In this document: positions 9,791-19,047 of the stretch, one piece after another
How positions within the stretch are numbered: position 1 is the stretch's first letter
How the letters are laid out: every line of letters starts with the position of its first letter
Assembly: GCA_964360175.1 (NCBI GenBank)
Contig: CAYHUI010000001.1
Location: forward strand, 16,855-61,767
Length of the DNA: 44,913 bases
Source of the DNA: Candidatus Woesearchaeota archaeon
GTDB taxonomy: Archaea > Nanobdellota > Nanobdellia > SCGC-AAA011-G17 > CAYHUI01
Reading direction: 5' to 3'
Position numbers and translations under genes: made by a program
Notes under the pieces: model-generated
Database searches by the model: none
What the model was told of the DNA's origin: nothing
Seen by the model: only the letters and a program-made list of their open reading frames with translations

Positions 9791-10489
9791 ATGAAACCTT
9801 CAGAACTTAGTTTGAAGTATATACCAGGTAACTGGACTATTGGAAAAATAGTACATCCTTCTACTAAAATAGTTTAGACTGTTAATCTTGCTGATAAACT
9901 TTTACCAGAAAGAACACAAGAAGAACATGTAAAACATAAAATTAAAGCAGCAAAAGATGAATTTACAGCAGTAGATGCTCCTCTCTACAATTCATTATTC
10001 TAAACACTTTTTTCAAATAGAGGTAATCCTAGCTATAAAAACGGAATTGAAGAAATAAGAGAATTTTTACAAGAATCTTTTGGAAAATATTTAACTACAC
10101 TTACAGAAATAAAATACAATCCAGAAGGTAAACAAGATGAAGTAGTACATAATCCTGGAATTCTTGATCAACCATCTATAGAAAGAGCTAATATAGTTGG
10201 TCCAGATGGTCTTATAACATACTTAGCTAAAACTGATAAAAATATTATAAAAGCTCTTAACTCTATTTATAGAATAGATAATATTGAATTAACTAATCAA
10301 GTTTATAAATGGATTACTGGAAAAGATATTTATATATGGCGTTTAAATTCAAAACCAAAAGAAACTATAAAGACTGTGGCGGGGTTCAAAGCTGATTCCA
10401 TCAAGGGTTTCCTCCATTGCTTTAGGGGCCCCCAGTACTCGTCTTCTGCGCTTGGGGTACGTGCCGTAAAAATTGGAAAAGAATTATAA
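9791..10489 (+). pseudogene. Putative DGR target (variable, CLec-like) protein gene interrupted by two in-frame stops
   Basis: One frame of 233 codons from ATG 9791 to TAA 10489, with TAG at 9875 and TAA at 10001 and no frameshift. Ends YKWITGKDIYIWRLNSKP...VAGFKADSIKGFLHCFRGPQYSSSALGVRAV. Upstream GAAAGGTTTATATA BRE/TATA-like element. Confidence 0.7.
10376..10465 (+). mobile_element. Putative DGR variable region (VR)
   Basis: 52/90 G+C and only 12 A in an extremely AT-rich gene; encodes the VAxFxAxS...LxC...P..S...LGVR pattern. Confidence 0.62.
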
Positions 10490-11377
10490 ATTTATTTCCA
10501 TAAAATCTTCTGCACATACAGTATTTTTAAAAATAGATTTTGCTTCTTTTTCTGTATCTTTTGTATCTTTATAACGCTGACTAAAATGGGTTAAATATAA
10601 ATTTTTTACATTAGCTTGTTTTGCAATTAAAGCTGCTTGCTCTGCTGTTAGATGTTTACGTTCTTTAGCCAAATTCTCCAAATCTTTAAGAAAAGTTGAT
10701 TCTGTTATCAATACATCAGCATCTTTTGCAATATCAAAACAACCTTGGCAAATTTTTGTATCTAAAACTATTGCAATCTTTTTACCTTTTTTAAAAATAG
10801 TCGCCTCTTTTGCACTTATCTTATCACCTTTATAGGTTATATCACCACCTTTTTGTAATTTTCCGAGTAATGGATGTTTAGTAAGTTTAAATTTTTTCAT
10901 ATATCCTAAGTTTATGGTCTTTTTATCTTTTTCAACAAAAGCATAACCTAAACAAATTGTTGAATGATCTAACTTTTTAGCTTCTAAATAATAATTTTCA
11001 TTTTCAAAAAATACACCATCTTTTTTAATTTCTTTTAAATTATATTTTATCTCATCTTTTTTAACAAACATTTGCATAATTTTATCTAAATATTCTTTAC
11101 TATTTTTAGGTCCAAATATCTCAAGTGTTTTACTATATTGGGCTACTGTCATTGTTTGTAATAATGGAATTAATCCAAATACATGATCTCCATGCCAGTG
11201 TGTTATTAGAATTTTATCAATTTTAGTAGGACTAATATCAAGCATTCTTAATTGACGTTGGGTCCCTTCAGGGCAGTCCACTAAAATATTATCTCCATTA
11301 TATCTAATAAAGATTGATGTCGGATTCCTATCCTTTAATGGGGACAACGAAGCTGTACCTAAAAAAATTATTTTCAT
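10484..11377 (-). CDS. rnz: Ribonuclease Z
   Basis: FLGT, DCPEGTQRQ, THWHGDH, LDT, ESTF, HLT, LTHFSQRY. Confidence 0.95.
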   Translation of the reverse strand: MKIIFLGTASLSPLKDRNPTSIFIRYNGDNILVDCPEGTQRQLRMLDISPTKIDKILITHWHGDHVFGLIPLLQTMTVAQYSKTLEIFGPKNSKEYLDKIMQMFVKKDEIKYNLKEIKKDGVFFENENYYLEAKKLDHSTICLGYAFVEKDKKTINLGYMKKFKLTKHPLLGKLQKGGDITYKGDKISAKEATIFKKGKKIAIVLDTKICQGCFDIAKDADVLITESTFLKDLENLAKERKHLTAEQAALIAKQANVKNLYLTHFSQRYKDTKDTEKEAKSIFKNTVCAEDFMEINL

Positions 11378-11428
11378 AAAAAGCTTATAACCAAAAATCT
11401 TTTAAATAGTTTACGTTTTATAGGATTC

Positions 11429-12019
11429 ATGACAAAGAAAAAAGCTAAATTAAAAAAAGAAGAAAAACCAGTAGAACAAATTAAAGAAGAAAATAAAATT
11501 AATATAAACGCTACCTTAATCGGAGAGAGAGTTATAGCAGATGAAACCACAGATACTAAATCTTTATACGATCAAAGTAGATTTGGAGAATTAAAAGAAG
11601 GTAAAATACAATATTCTTTAGTCGAAGCTCTTTATTTGCTGGAAAAAGAAAAAATGGAAATTGTAGATGTGGATAATAAAAAAGTAGATTATGATATTTT
11701 TATAAAAAAAGCTAGTAAAATTGAACCTAATTTTTGGGTGAGATATGTTGTTTTTAGGGATATGAGATCGAGGGGTTATATAATTAAAACTGCTTTGAAA
11801 TTTGGAGCTGATTTTAGAGTTTATGATCGTGGTATAAAACCAGGAGAAGACCATGCTAAATGGGTTTTATATCCTGTTCATGAAAGTTCGGTTTTTACAT
11901 GGACGGAATTTGCAGCTAAAAATAGAGTTTCTCATTCTACTAGAAAAAAATTGTTGTTGGCTGTAGTAGATGATGAAAATGATGTTTCTTTTTGGGAAAC
12001 TAGGTGGTTAAGACCTTAA
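11429..12019 (+). CDS. endA: tRNA-intron lyase (splicing endonuclease), catalytic alpha subunit
   Basis: LVEALYL, KTALKFGADFRVY, HAKW, RVSHSTRKK; Tyr-His-Lys triad present. Confidence 0.93.
   Translation: MTKKKAKLKKEEKPVEQIKEENKININATLIGERVIADETTDTKSLYDQSRFGELKEGKIQYSLVEALYLLEKEKMEIVDVDNKKVDYDIFIKKASKIEPNFWVRYVVFRDMRSRGYIIKTALKFGADFRVYDRGIKPGEDHAKWVLYPVHESSVFTWTEFAAKNRVSHSTRKKLLLAVVDDENDVSFWETRWLRP
11460..11491 (+). repeat. 32-bp exact direct repeat, copy 1 (in endA)
   Basis: AAGAAAAACCAGTAGAACAAATTAAAGAAGAA, identical to 12582-12613. Confidence 0.85.
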
Positions 12020-12121
12020 ATTATTTTCTAGTGTAACACCCATTTTAATCATATAAAGTAAAATAGCTATTTAATCCTTTCTATCAAAAAACTTTTATAT
12101 TTAACCTTTCTCTAATAAAAC

Positions 12122-13063
12122 ATGGAAGATCTTAAACCAAGAGCTTTATCTATTGTAAGAATTAGTGGACCATTATTACCAGTAACAATATCTAAACAAA
12201 TTAACTGTAATATATTATTTGCAAGTGCTATTCTTTCTGAATTGGCTTCTAATAAACAAGTTTTAATTACAAATACAAAGAGGGGGGGATCTCCTTTTTA
12301 TTATATTAAAGGTCAAGAATTCAAATTACAAGAGTTAGGTAAATATTTACAAGATAAAGAAAAAGAAGCTTATGATTTATTAAAAGAAAAAAGAGTTGTC
12401 AGAGATAGAACAGCTTTACCATGGCAGAGAGTTGCTTTAAGAGAGATAAAGGATTTTGCTATCCCTATTGATGTGGGCATTCAAGAAGAAGTTGAATTAT
12501 TCTGGAAATGGTATCTATTACCAGATGAAGAAGCTAAAAATTTTATTAAAAAGATAATTACAGAAGAAAGTCTTTTAGTTCAAGAAAAACCAGTAGAACA
12601 AATTAAAGAAGAATTAGAAGAACAAAAACAACCAGTTAAACCATTAGAAAGACAAATAGAAAAACCACAAGAAATGTTAGTAGAAAAACTAGAAGTTAAA
12701 CTAAAACCAATAATAAAAGAAAAAGTTAAGTTTGAAGAAATAACTAAAAAAGAAGAAATAGACTTTAATTTAAAGATTAATTCTTACTTTAAAAATAATT
12801 CAATTATGATAATAGAAAGAGAAATCTTAAGAAAAAACAAAGATATTAATTTTATAATAAATCTTCCATCTAAAATTGGGAATTTAACTTATTTTGTAAA
12901 AGCTAAAAATAAAAAAACTATTACCGATGCTGATTTTTTACTAGCTTTTAATGAAGGACAGCAAAAAAAACTTCCAGTTTTATTTTTAAGTTCTGGAAAA
13001 TTAACAAAAAAAGCTGAAAAACATTTACAATCTAATAAAAACTTAATTTTTAAGAATTTGTAA
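12122..13063 (+). CDS. Conserved hypothetical protein (N-terminal winged-helix-like region, Glu/Lys/Pro linker, C-terminal domain)
   Basis: Long ORF with typical codon usage and upstream TATA-like element; GPLLPVTISK...ASAILSEL...GGSPFYY. Domain calls are tentative. Confidence 0.7.
   Translation: MEDLKPRALSIVRISGPLLPVTISKQINCNILFASAILSELASNKQVLITNTKRGGSPFYYIKGQEFKLQELGKYLQDKEKEAYDLLKEKRVVRDRTALPWQRVALREIKDFAIPIDVGIQEEVELFWKWYLLPDEEAKNFIKKIITEESLLVQEKPVEQIKEELEEQKQPVKPLERQIEKPQEMLVEKLEVKLKPIIKEKVKFEEITKKEEIDFNLKINSYFKNNSIMIIEREILRKNKDINFIINLPSKIGNLTYFVKAKNKKTITDADFLLAFNEGQQKKLPVLFLSSGKLTKKAEKHLQSNKNLIFKNL
12582..12613 (+). repeat. 32-bp exact direct repeat, copy 2
   Basis: Identical to 11460-11491. 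Confidence 0.85.
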
Positions 13064-13348
13064 TTTACGACCTTCCAATTTAATAAGAACTTCTTCACCT
13101 TTTTTTAAATTTAAAGCAGTTTCTATATCTTTTGGTAATCTTAAAATTAGATTGCTTCTTATTCTACCTAATTTTGCTCTAATTACTTGTTTTTTTAATT
13201 TATTTATCAATAAAATTTTCTCTGCTTGTTCTGGATTAAAATAAGCTTCTCCACAACTACATTTCCAACCATCTATCCTATACTCATTAAATTTTAAATC
13301 TTTTCGGTAATCCATTTTTTTATTACATTTATGGCATCTCATTTTCAT
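13043..13348 (-). CDS. Zn-ribbon + AbrB/MazE-type DNA-binding protein (antitoxin-like)
   Basis: CHKC...KCSCGEAYF (YgiT/MqsA-like Zn ribbon) followed by SNLILRLPKDIETALNLKKGEEV (AbrB fold). Confidence 0.75.
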   Translation of the reverse strand: MKMRCHKCNKKMDYRKDLKFNEYRIDGWKCSCGEAYFNPEQAEKILLINKLKKQVIRAKLGRIRSNLILRLPKDIETALNLKKGEEVLIKLEGRKLQILKN

Positions 13349-13437
13349 TTCCTTTCATTAATTCTCTCGTTGCCGAAATAGATGGTAAAATTTTTAACCC
13401 TTCGTACTCTATCAAAAACATCTGGATAAATCATATG

Positions 13438-14169
13438 TTAAAGACATATGTTCTTCCTATCTAAACTTTTCTTTTTCACAACATCAAAAATTATTATAAA
13501 TAAAAATAAAATTAAGAAAATCCCAAAAATTTTTGCTTTATTCCCAATTTTAAATTTTTCGTTTATTACCTCTGTATTTCTAGGAGTACAGGTCGTATTA
13601 AAAATATCTAGAGCGACTGTATAAATTAATCCCATTGCTTCACCAACTTCTTTTTCAGGTATTTCTTTATTATAACCTTTAAGCCACTCTTCCCAATCTT
13701 CATTATTTTTAGTAGCTTTAAATAAAGATAAATTTAAATCGTAATCAAATTTTCTACATTCTATATCTATATTTTTAACTTGATCTTCAAATCTTGAATG
13801 TAAGTAATATTCCTCCCCTTTTATATTATGTGGAGCTGAAAAACTATCTGAAATATAATGGGTAGCTATACCAAACGCATAACTGGCATTTTCATAATCT
13901 TTATTTTTTAACGAATTTTTAGTTATATTTAACCAATATAAAGCTTTATCATAAGAGTTAGGATAACTATGCATTTTATGGTCTTTAAAATATTTATCTG
14001 GTGTTATTGAACCTTTTCTTATCAAATCTAAATCTAAATTTTCTTGTAAATCAGCTGGCATAGAAAAATATACTTCATCTACAATAGCTTTATGTGTTTC
14101 AAAATTCCAACCTGATACTTTAGGTATTAAAAAAATAATTATAAAAATTACAAATATAAATTTTTTCAT
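13438..14169 (-). CDS. Secreted, membrane-anchored zinc-dependent phospholipase C / S1-P1 nuclease family protein
   Basis: Signal peptide then mature W...H (WNFETH), GSITPD, HYISD...PH, H..FE; C-terminal TM helix. Confidence 0.8.
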   Translation of the reverse strand: MKKFIFVIFIIIFLIPKVSGWNFETHKAIVDEVYFSMPADLQENLDLDLIRKGSITPDKYFKDHKMHSYPNSYDKALYWLNITKNSLKNKDYENASYAFGIATHYISDSFSAPHNIKGEEYYLHSRFEDQVKNIDIECRKFDYDLNLSLFKATKNNEDWEEWLKGYNKEIPEKEVGEAMGLIYTVALDIFNTTCTPRNTEVINEKFKIGNKAKIFGIFLILFLFIIIFDVVKKKSLDRKNICL

Positions 14170-14320
14170 AAATAATCAAATTTTAAATTTATTATAAGGT
14201 CTTACTAATAAATTATATAATCTTTACAATTAAACTCGAAATATATTCAGTAAAATCAAATATAATAGAAAGATTTTTAAATAAAATAAGCTTAATTTAT
14301 ATTGAAAAAAGGGTTGAATT

Positions 14321-16123
14321 ATGAAAATCAATAAATTTTTAATCTTAATTTTTATTACTTTAATATTTTATAATATATCAGTGGATGCTGGAGAAAATTT
14401 TAGTGTTGCTACAGGTTTAGATTGGTTAGAAGACAATATTGATTGGCAGCAAGATAATATAGATGAAGTTAGCTTAACTATACTTGCTTTGAGAAGTAAC
14501 GGTCGTAGTTCTAGTGAAGGTTTAACTGCTTTAGAATCTAAACAAAGTAGCGATCATTCTTGGGATAAAGATGTAAAAAATACAGCACTAGCTACACTTG
14601 CTTTGTTCGAAAGTAGTAAAAATATAGATGATGAATTAGACTGGTTAACAAATGCCAGTGAAGGAAAATTTACACAAGGAGATTGGTTTGTTCAAATTAA
14701 AAGTGAAGCTAATGGAACTTGTAGTGTAAGTTATGATAGTTCAACTCTTAATATTGAAGTTATTGATGATATAGTAATATGTAGAAACAGAAGAGATTTC
14801 TGGATAAATACAGATTGCTTTGGTAGCAAATATAGCGAATTTGAATTTGATTGTAGTAATTTGGGTAGTCCTCTAATCTCTTCAATTTTCCAAAGTTCGC
14901 AAGGTATATTTCTATTAGATGATAATCAAGGAAGTTATAGGGCTTTAATAGATTTACAAAATGGTTGTTTTGGTAGTAAAGGAGGAAGCAGAGTTTGTAA
15001 TTATGATCCTAGTTTATACGCTAGTTGGATATTATCTAAATTAAATACAGATCCAAAAACTAAAAATTATCTTGAATTAAATATAAGGGATACATCGAGA
15101 TTGAGGATTATAGATCACGCACTTTTACTTCTTATAACACAAGATCAGAAACATGCTAATTTTCTAGCAGAAAATCAAAATAATGTATCTGGTAGTTTTG
15201 ATAACGATGTTTTAGCTACATCACTTGCGATATTAGCATTAAGAAATTCAGGAAGCCAAGCTGATATTGATAAGGCAGTAACATGGTTAGAAAGAAAACA
15301 AGATAGTGATGGTTCTTGGGATAAAAGTATACAAAATACAGCTATTGCTTTATATGCTGTTTTTTCAACTCAAGCACCTTTAATAGGAACTTGTAACAAT
15401 AACAATCTATGTGATCCGGGAGAAGATAGTGCAAGTTGTCCGACTGATTGCCAACAATCTTCAATTTGTACTTCAGATTTAGATTGCCCTTCTGGTTTTG
15501 TATGTAATAATTCGACAGGAGTGTGTATAGAATCAGGTTGTACATCAGATCAAGATTGTGATTTTGATGAAGTTTGTAGTACAACAACAAATACTTGTGT
15601 TTCAGATACAACTATCGATCCTACTTGTAACAATAATAATGTATGCGATTCTAATGAAAATTATATAGGTTGTTCTAGTGATTGTAGTTGCGGAGATGAT
15701 GTTTGTGACAGTGCAGAAGATATAGTAATATGTCCAACTGATTGTGAAGTTGAAGCATCAGTTTGCGGAGATAATGTTTGTAGTAGCGATGAAAATGAAA
15801 CAAGTTGCCTAGACGATTGTAAAGTTGAAGCAGGTGGATTTCCAAAATGGATTATTACTTTGATTATAATAATCATTTTAGCAATAGGTTTATTTTTCGG
15901 AGCTAAAAAATTCAAAGGAAGAAGAAAAGGTAAAAAGCCAAGCTTCGAAGAATTCTTAAAAGAAAGACAAAAATCAGAAGTCGCAAAACCAGTTCAAAGA
16001 TCTACACAAATAACGAGACCAATACCAATACAGAGACCAAGAACGACTTCCAAAGATTCAATATTAGAAAAACAACTCGATGAATCTATAAGAAAGGCAA
16101 AAGAATTGCTTAAGAAAAAATAA
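14321..16123 (+). CDS. Surface protein with prenyltransferase/squalene-cyclase-like (QW) repeats, Cys-rich repeats and C-terminal TM anchor
   Basis: Signal peptide; QSSDHSW, QNNVSGSF, WLERKQDSDGSW repeats; multiple CGDxxC..E....CPxDC repeats; TM helix plus basic tail. Confidence 0.78.
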   Translation: MKINKFLILIFITLIFYNISVDAGENFSVATGLDWLEDNIDWQQDNIDEVSLTILALRSNGRSSSEGLTALESKQSSDHSWDKDVKNTALATLALFESSKNIDDELDWLTNASEGKFTQGDWFVQIKSEANGTCSVSYDSSTLNIEVIDDIVICRNRRDFWINTDCFGSKYSEFEFDCSNLGSPLISSIFQSSQGIFLLDDNQGSYRALIDLQNGCFGSKGGSRVCNYDPSLYASWILSKLNTDPKTKNYLELNIRDTSRLRIIDHALLLLITQDQKHANFLAENQNNVSGSFDNDVLATSLAILALRNSGSQADIDKAVTWLERKQDSDGSWDKSIQNTAIALYAVFSTQAPLIGTCNNNNLCDPGEDSASCPTDCQQSSICTSDLDCPSGFVCNNSTGVCIESGCTSDQDCDFDEVCSTTTNTCVSDTTIDPTCNNNNVCDSNENYIGCSSDCSCGDDVCDSAEDIVICPTDCEVEASVCGDNVCSSDENETSCLDDCKVEAGGFPKWIITLIIIIILAIGLFFGAKKFKGRRKGKKPSFEEFLKERQKSEVAKPVQRSTQITRPIPIQRPRTTSKDSILEKQLDESIRKAKELLKKK

Positions 16124-16132
16124 TTATTCAAA

Positions 16133-17404
16133 ATGAAATTTCTTTTATTATTAATTTTTATAGTTTTAATAAATCTAATGAATGTAAGAGCAGATATAGT
16201 TGATGTAAATTTTGGAAAAGAGAATTATGCATCGCAAGAAACTTTGCAAGCTGAAATTAATTTTAATATAAATTTATTAAAACAAATAACAGTTTTAAAT
16301 TTTGAATTACTTGATAACGAAGGTAATAAAATACCAGTGGGTTATTTTTTAACAAAATTAGATAATAGGGAATATTATGTTTATTTTAATTTACCTAATA
16401 TAAATTCTGGAGATTATACTTTAAAAATAAAAGACGTAACCTATATAGATGAAAATAATATATTAAAAAAAGAATCAAAAGAATCAAAATTTTCTATTAT
16501 AAATAAAGATTTTATTATTCAAGTAGATCCGGCTATTCTAAAAGTAGATAATCCAAACGATTTTCCAGAATTTACTATAAAAATAAAGAATTTAGCTAAC
16601 TTAACTAATATCACAATAGGAACAGAAGACGAATTTATCCAATTATTTAATACTTTTTCTATTATAAATAAAAATGAAGTTAAAACTTTTAAAATTATTA
16701 TAGATTCTAATAATCTAGACAATTTTAACAAAGGTAATATAAATGTAGTCTATAATAATGAAACTTATATAATACCTGTATACCTAATTAGGGATTTACA
16801 AGATCTTCCTGAAAGAAATATACCGCAAGATGCAATTGGATTTATTGAAGAGAATAACATAATTAATAAAACTTTATTTTTAGATGAAAGTATTGAAGGT
16901 AGTTTAAGATTTAAAAATTTCTTTAATGAAACTATCTTAAATTTAAAATTTGAATTAACCAACAATCTAAATGAAGTTATTGAATTAGAATTAATCGACG
17001 TTTCTATTAATGAGAATGAAACTAAAGAACAATATTTAATTATAAATAAAAATATAAATGCAACAGCGAAATTTTATTCAGGAGATTTAATCTTGAAAAA
17101 TCAAGATATAAGAATTTTATTTCCTATATATCTAAATTTTAAAGAACGAGAACAAATTAAAGAAGAAGTAGAAGATAATATTACAGTAGAAGAAAAGGAA
17201 AATAAAACTACAAATTTATTTGAAGAAACAGAAGCTGAAGAGGAAGAAAAAGATATTAGTGAAAATAAAAAAACATTAATCATAGTTTTAATGGTTATCT
17301 TAATTACGTTAATAGCTTTAGGATTAGGAGCTTACTTTAAAAGAAAAAAAGTCATTAAACAAAGTTTTAGCGAATTTGCCGAAAGTTTTGAGAAAAAGAA
17401 ATAA
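16133..17404 (+). CDS. Secreted beta-rich protein with C-terminal TM anchor
   Basis: Signal peptide, many NxS/T sequons, acidic linker, TM helix and tail (SFSEFAES) resembling the upstream gene's tail (SFEEFLKE). Confidence 0.72.
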   Translation: MKFLLLLIFIVLINLMNVRADIVDVNFGKENYASQETLQAEINFNINLLKQITVLNFELLDNEGNKIPVGYFLTKLDNREYYVYFNLPNINSGDYTLKIKDVTYIDENNILKKESKESKFSIINKDFIIQVDPAILKVDNPNDFPEFTIKIKNLANLTNITIGTEDEFIQLFNTFSIINKNEVKTFKIIIDSNNLDNFNKGNINVVYNNETYIIPVYLIRDLQDLPERNIPQDAIGFIEENNIINKTLFLDESIEGSLRFKNFFNETILNLKFELTNNLNEVIELELIDVSINENETKEQYLIINKNINATAKFYSGDLILKNQDIRILFPIYLNFKEREQIKEEVEDNITVEEKENKTTNLFEETEAEEEEKDISENKKTLIIVLMVILITLIALGLGAYFKRKKVIKQSFSEFAESFEKKK

Positions 17405-17646
17405 CACCAAAAATTCATTTAACAAACCTATATTCTTTAAACGGAAAGAAAATAAAAAAATCAGAAATTTGTTCTGAGTTTGGTGTTAATATCTTAATCG
17501 AGGATTCCTTAGATGAAGCAAAAGTATGTGCAATGAAAGGAATAAAAGTATTATTACTAGATCGTCCATGGAATCGAGCTAAAAAATTACCAGAAGAAGT
17601 TACGAGAGTTTATTCTTGGGAAGAAATATTAGATAGAATCAATTAG
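17401..17646 (+). pseudogene. 5'-truncated remnant of a HAD-family 5'(3')-nucleotidase
   Basis: Open frame without an upstream start: ...KKSEICSEFGVNILIEDSLDEAKVCAMKGIKVLLLDRPWNR...VTRVYSWEEI; has motifs III/IV (K, IED, PWN), lacks the N-terminal DxD half. Confidence 0.75.
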
Positions 17647-17680
17647 AAAGATTTATTTATCAAATTTAATCTATATTTAT

Positions 17681-18598
17681 ATGAACATAACAATTCCGCA
17701 AAAATTTAAAGATCGTTATACTAAATTAGTTGATGATCCTAATAATTTTTTTAATATTCTATCAAAACCCCTTCAGAAATCCTTTAGAGTTAATACTTTA
17801 AAATCTTCAATAAATGAAATTAGAGAAAGATTTAATATTTATGGAATAAATATCAAACAAGTACCGTGGTATTCAGACGCTTTTATTTCTGAAAGTCTTG
17901 CTGTTGGCGTTACATTAGAATATTTTCTCGGCCATATCTATATTCAAGAACTTACTTCGATGTTGCCACCATTACTAATTATAAAGGAACTTCAAAATGC
18001 AAAAATCGTTCTTGACGGTTGTGCTGCACCAGGATCAAAAACAACCCAACTTGCAGATTTTATGAAGAATCAAGGTACGATCATAGCTAACGAATTAGAT
18101 TATGCTAGATTATACATCTTAAAATTCAATTTAGAAAGAATTGGTGTTATTAATACTATCCTTACAAGATACGATATGAGATTTTTTCCAAATGAATTGG
18201 AATTTGATGTCATTCTTGTTGATGTACCTTGTTCCGGTGAGGGAACTATAAGGAGAGACCCAAAGGCTTTATCAAACTGGTCAGAAAATCGAATTCTAAG
18301 ATATGTTGGTATTCAAAAACAAATCATCTTAAAAGCTTTTGATCTTCTAAAACCTGGAGGTCATATTGTATATTCTACTTGCACTTTTGCTCCAGAAGAA
18401 AATGAAAATGTAGTGGACTTTTTACTTAATAAAAGACCTGCAAAAATAGAGAAAATAAATATACCTAAAATAAAACTTACACCAGGTATACAAGAATGGA
18501 ATGGTAAAACATTTAATTCAGACATAAAAAAAACAGTTAGGATTTGGCCCCATCATAACGATACTAATGGATTTTTCTTAGCAAAAATTAAAAAATGA
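17681..18598 (+). CDS. RsmB/NOP2/NSUN family RNA m5C methyltransferase
   Basis: FRVNTLK, YIQE, DGCAAPGSKT, DVPCSGEG, VYSTCT..PEENE, GFFLA. Confidence 0.93.
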   Translation: MNITIPQKFKDRYTKLVDDPNNFFNILSKPLQKSFRVNTLKSSINEIRERFNIYGINIKQVPWYSDAFISESLAVGVTLEYFLGHIYIQELTSMLPPLLIIKELQNAKIVLDGCAAPGSKTTQLADFMKNQGTIIANELDYARLYILKFNLERIGVINTILTRYDMRFFPNELEFDVILVDVPCSGEGTIRRDPKALSNWSENRILRYVGIQKQIILKAFDLLKPGGHIVYSTCTFAPEENENVVDFLLNKRPAKIEKINIPKIKLTPGIQEWNGKTFNSDIKKTVRIWPHHNDTNGFFLAKIKK

Positions 18599-19047
18599 TC
18601 AAAAAATGTCCATCAAAAAAACAACGTTTAGTATTTAATTATTTAGAAAAGAGATTTGGTATTAAAAGAGATAGTTTTAATGATTTTAATTTATATACGG
18701 AAGAAAAAGGTAAAATTTTCCTTGGACCAAAAACATTTATTAATCGATGTATCTCTATCGGTTTAGTTATCGCCCGAATCGATAATTCTATTGAACCATC
18801 TAATAATTTACTCCAAACTTTTGGAAAATATGTTAAGAAAAATTTTATATTGTTAAATAAAGAAGACGCACTTAGCTATATCAAAGGTGAGGATTTAGAA
18901 TTTTTGCAAGATGAAATTAAAGAAGCAACCGAAGGATATGTATTACTTAAATATTCCAATTTTCCACTCGGATGCGGTTTACTAAAAGGGAAGCATTTAA
19001 AAAATATGTTGCCAAAAGCAAAAAGATTAAAATTAGAATTTCTATAA
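18595..19047 (+). CDS. NIP7/RsmF-type PUA-like accessory domain protein, partner of the m5C methyltransferase
   Basis: ATGA overlap with the MTase; YIKGEDL, GYVLL...PLGCG....LKNMLPK. Confidence 0.75.
   Translation: MIKKCPSKKQRLVFNYLEKRFGIKRDSFNDFNLYTEEKGKIFLGPKTFINRCISIGLVIARIDNSIEPSNNLLQTFGKYVKKNFILLNKEDALSYIKGEDLEFLQDEIKEATEGYVLLKYSNFPLGCGLLKGKHLKNMLPKAKRLKLEFL

Noticed and set aside
11618-13098. Minus-strand ORFs 11618-11854 and 12889-13098
   Set aside because: Antisense shadows of longer, better-supported genes.
14321-16123. Functional squalene-hopene cyclase
   Set aside because: The protein is secreted and TM-anchored and lacks a recognisable DxDD catalytic motif in context; only the structural repeats are shared.
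15342-17283. Five short minus-strand ORFs
   Set aside because: Shadows of the two surface-protein genes, with no motifs.
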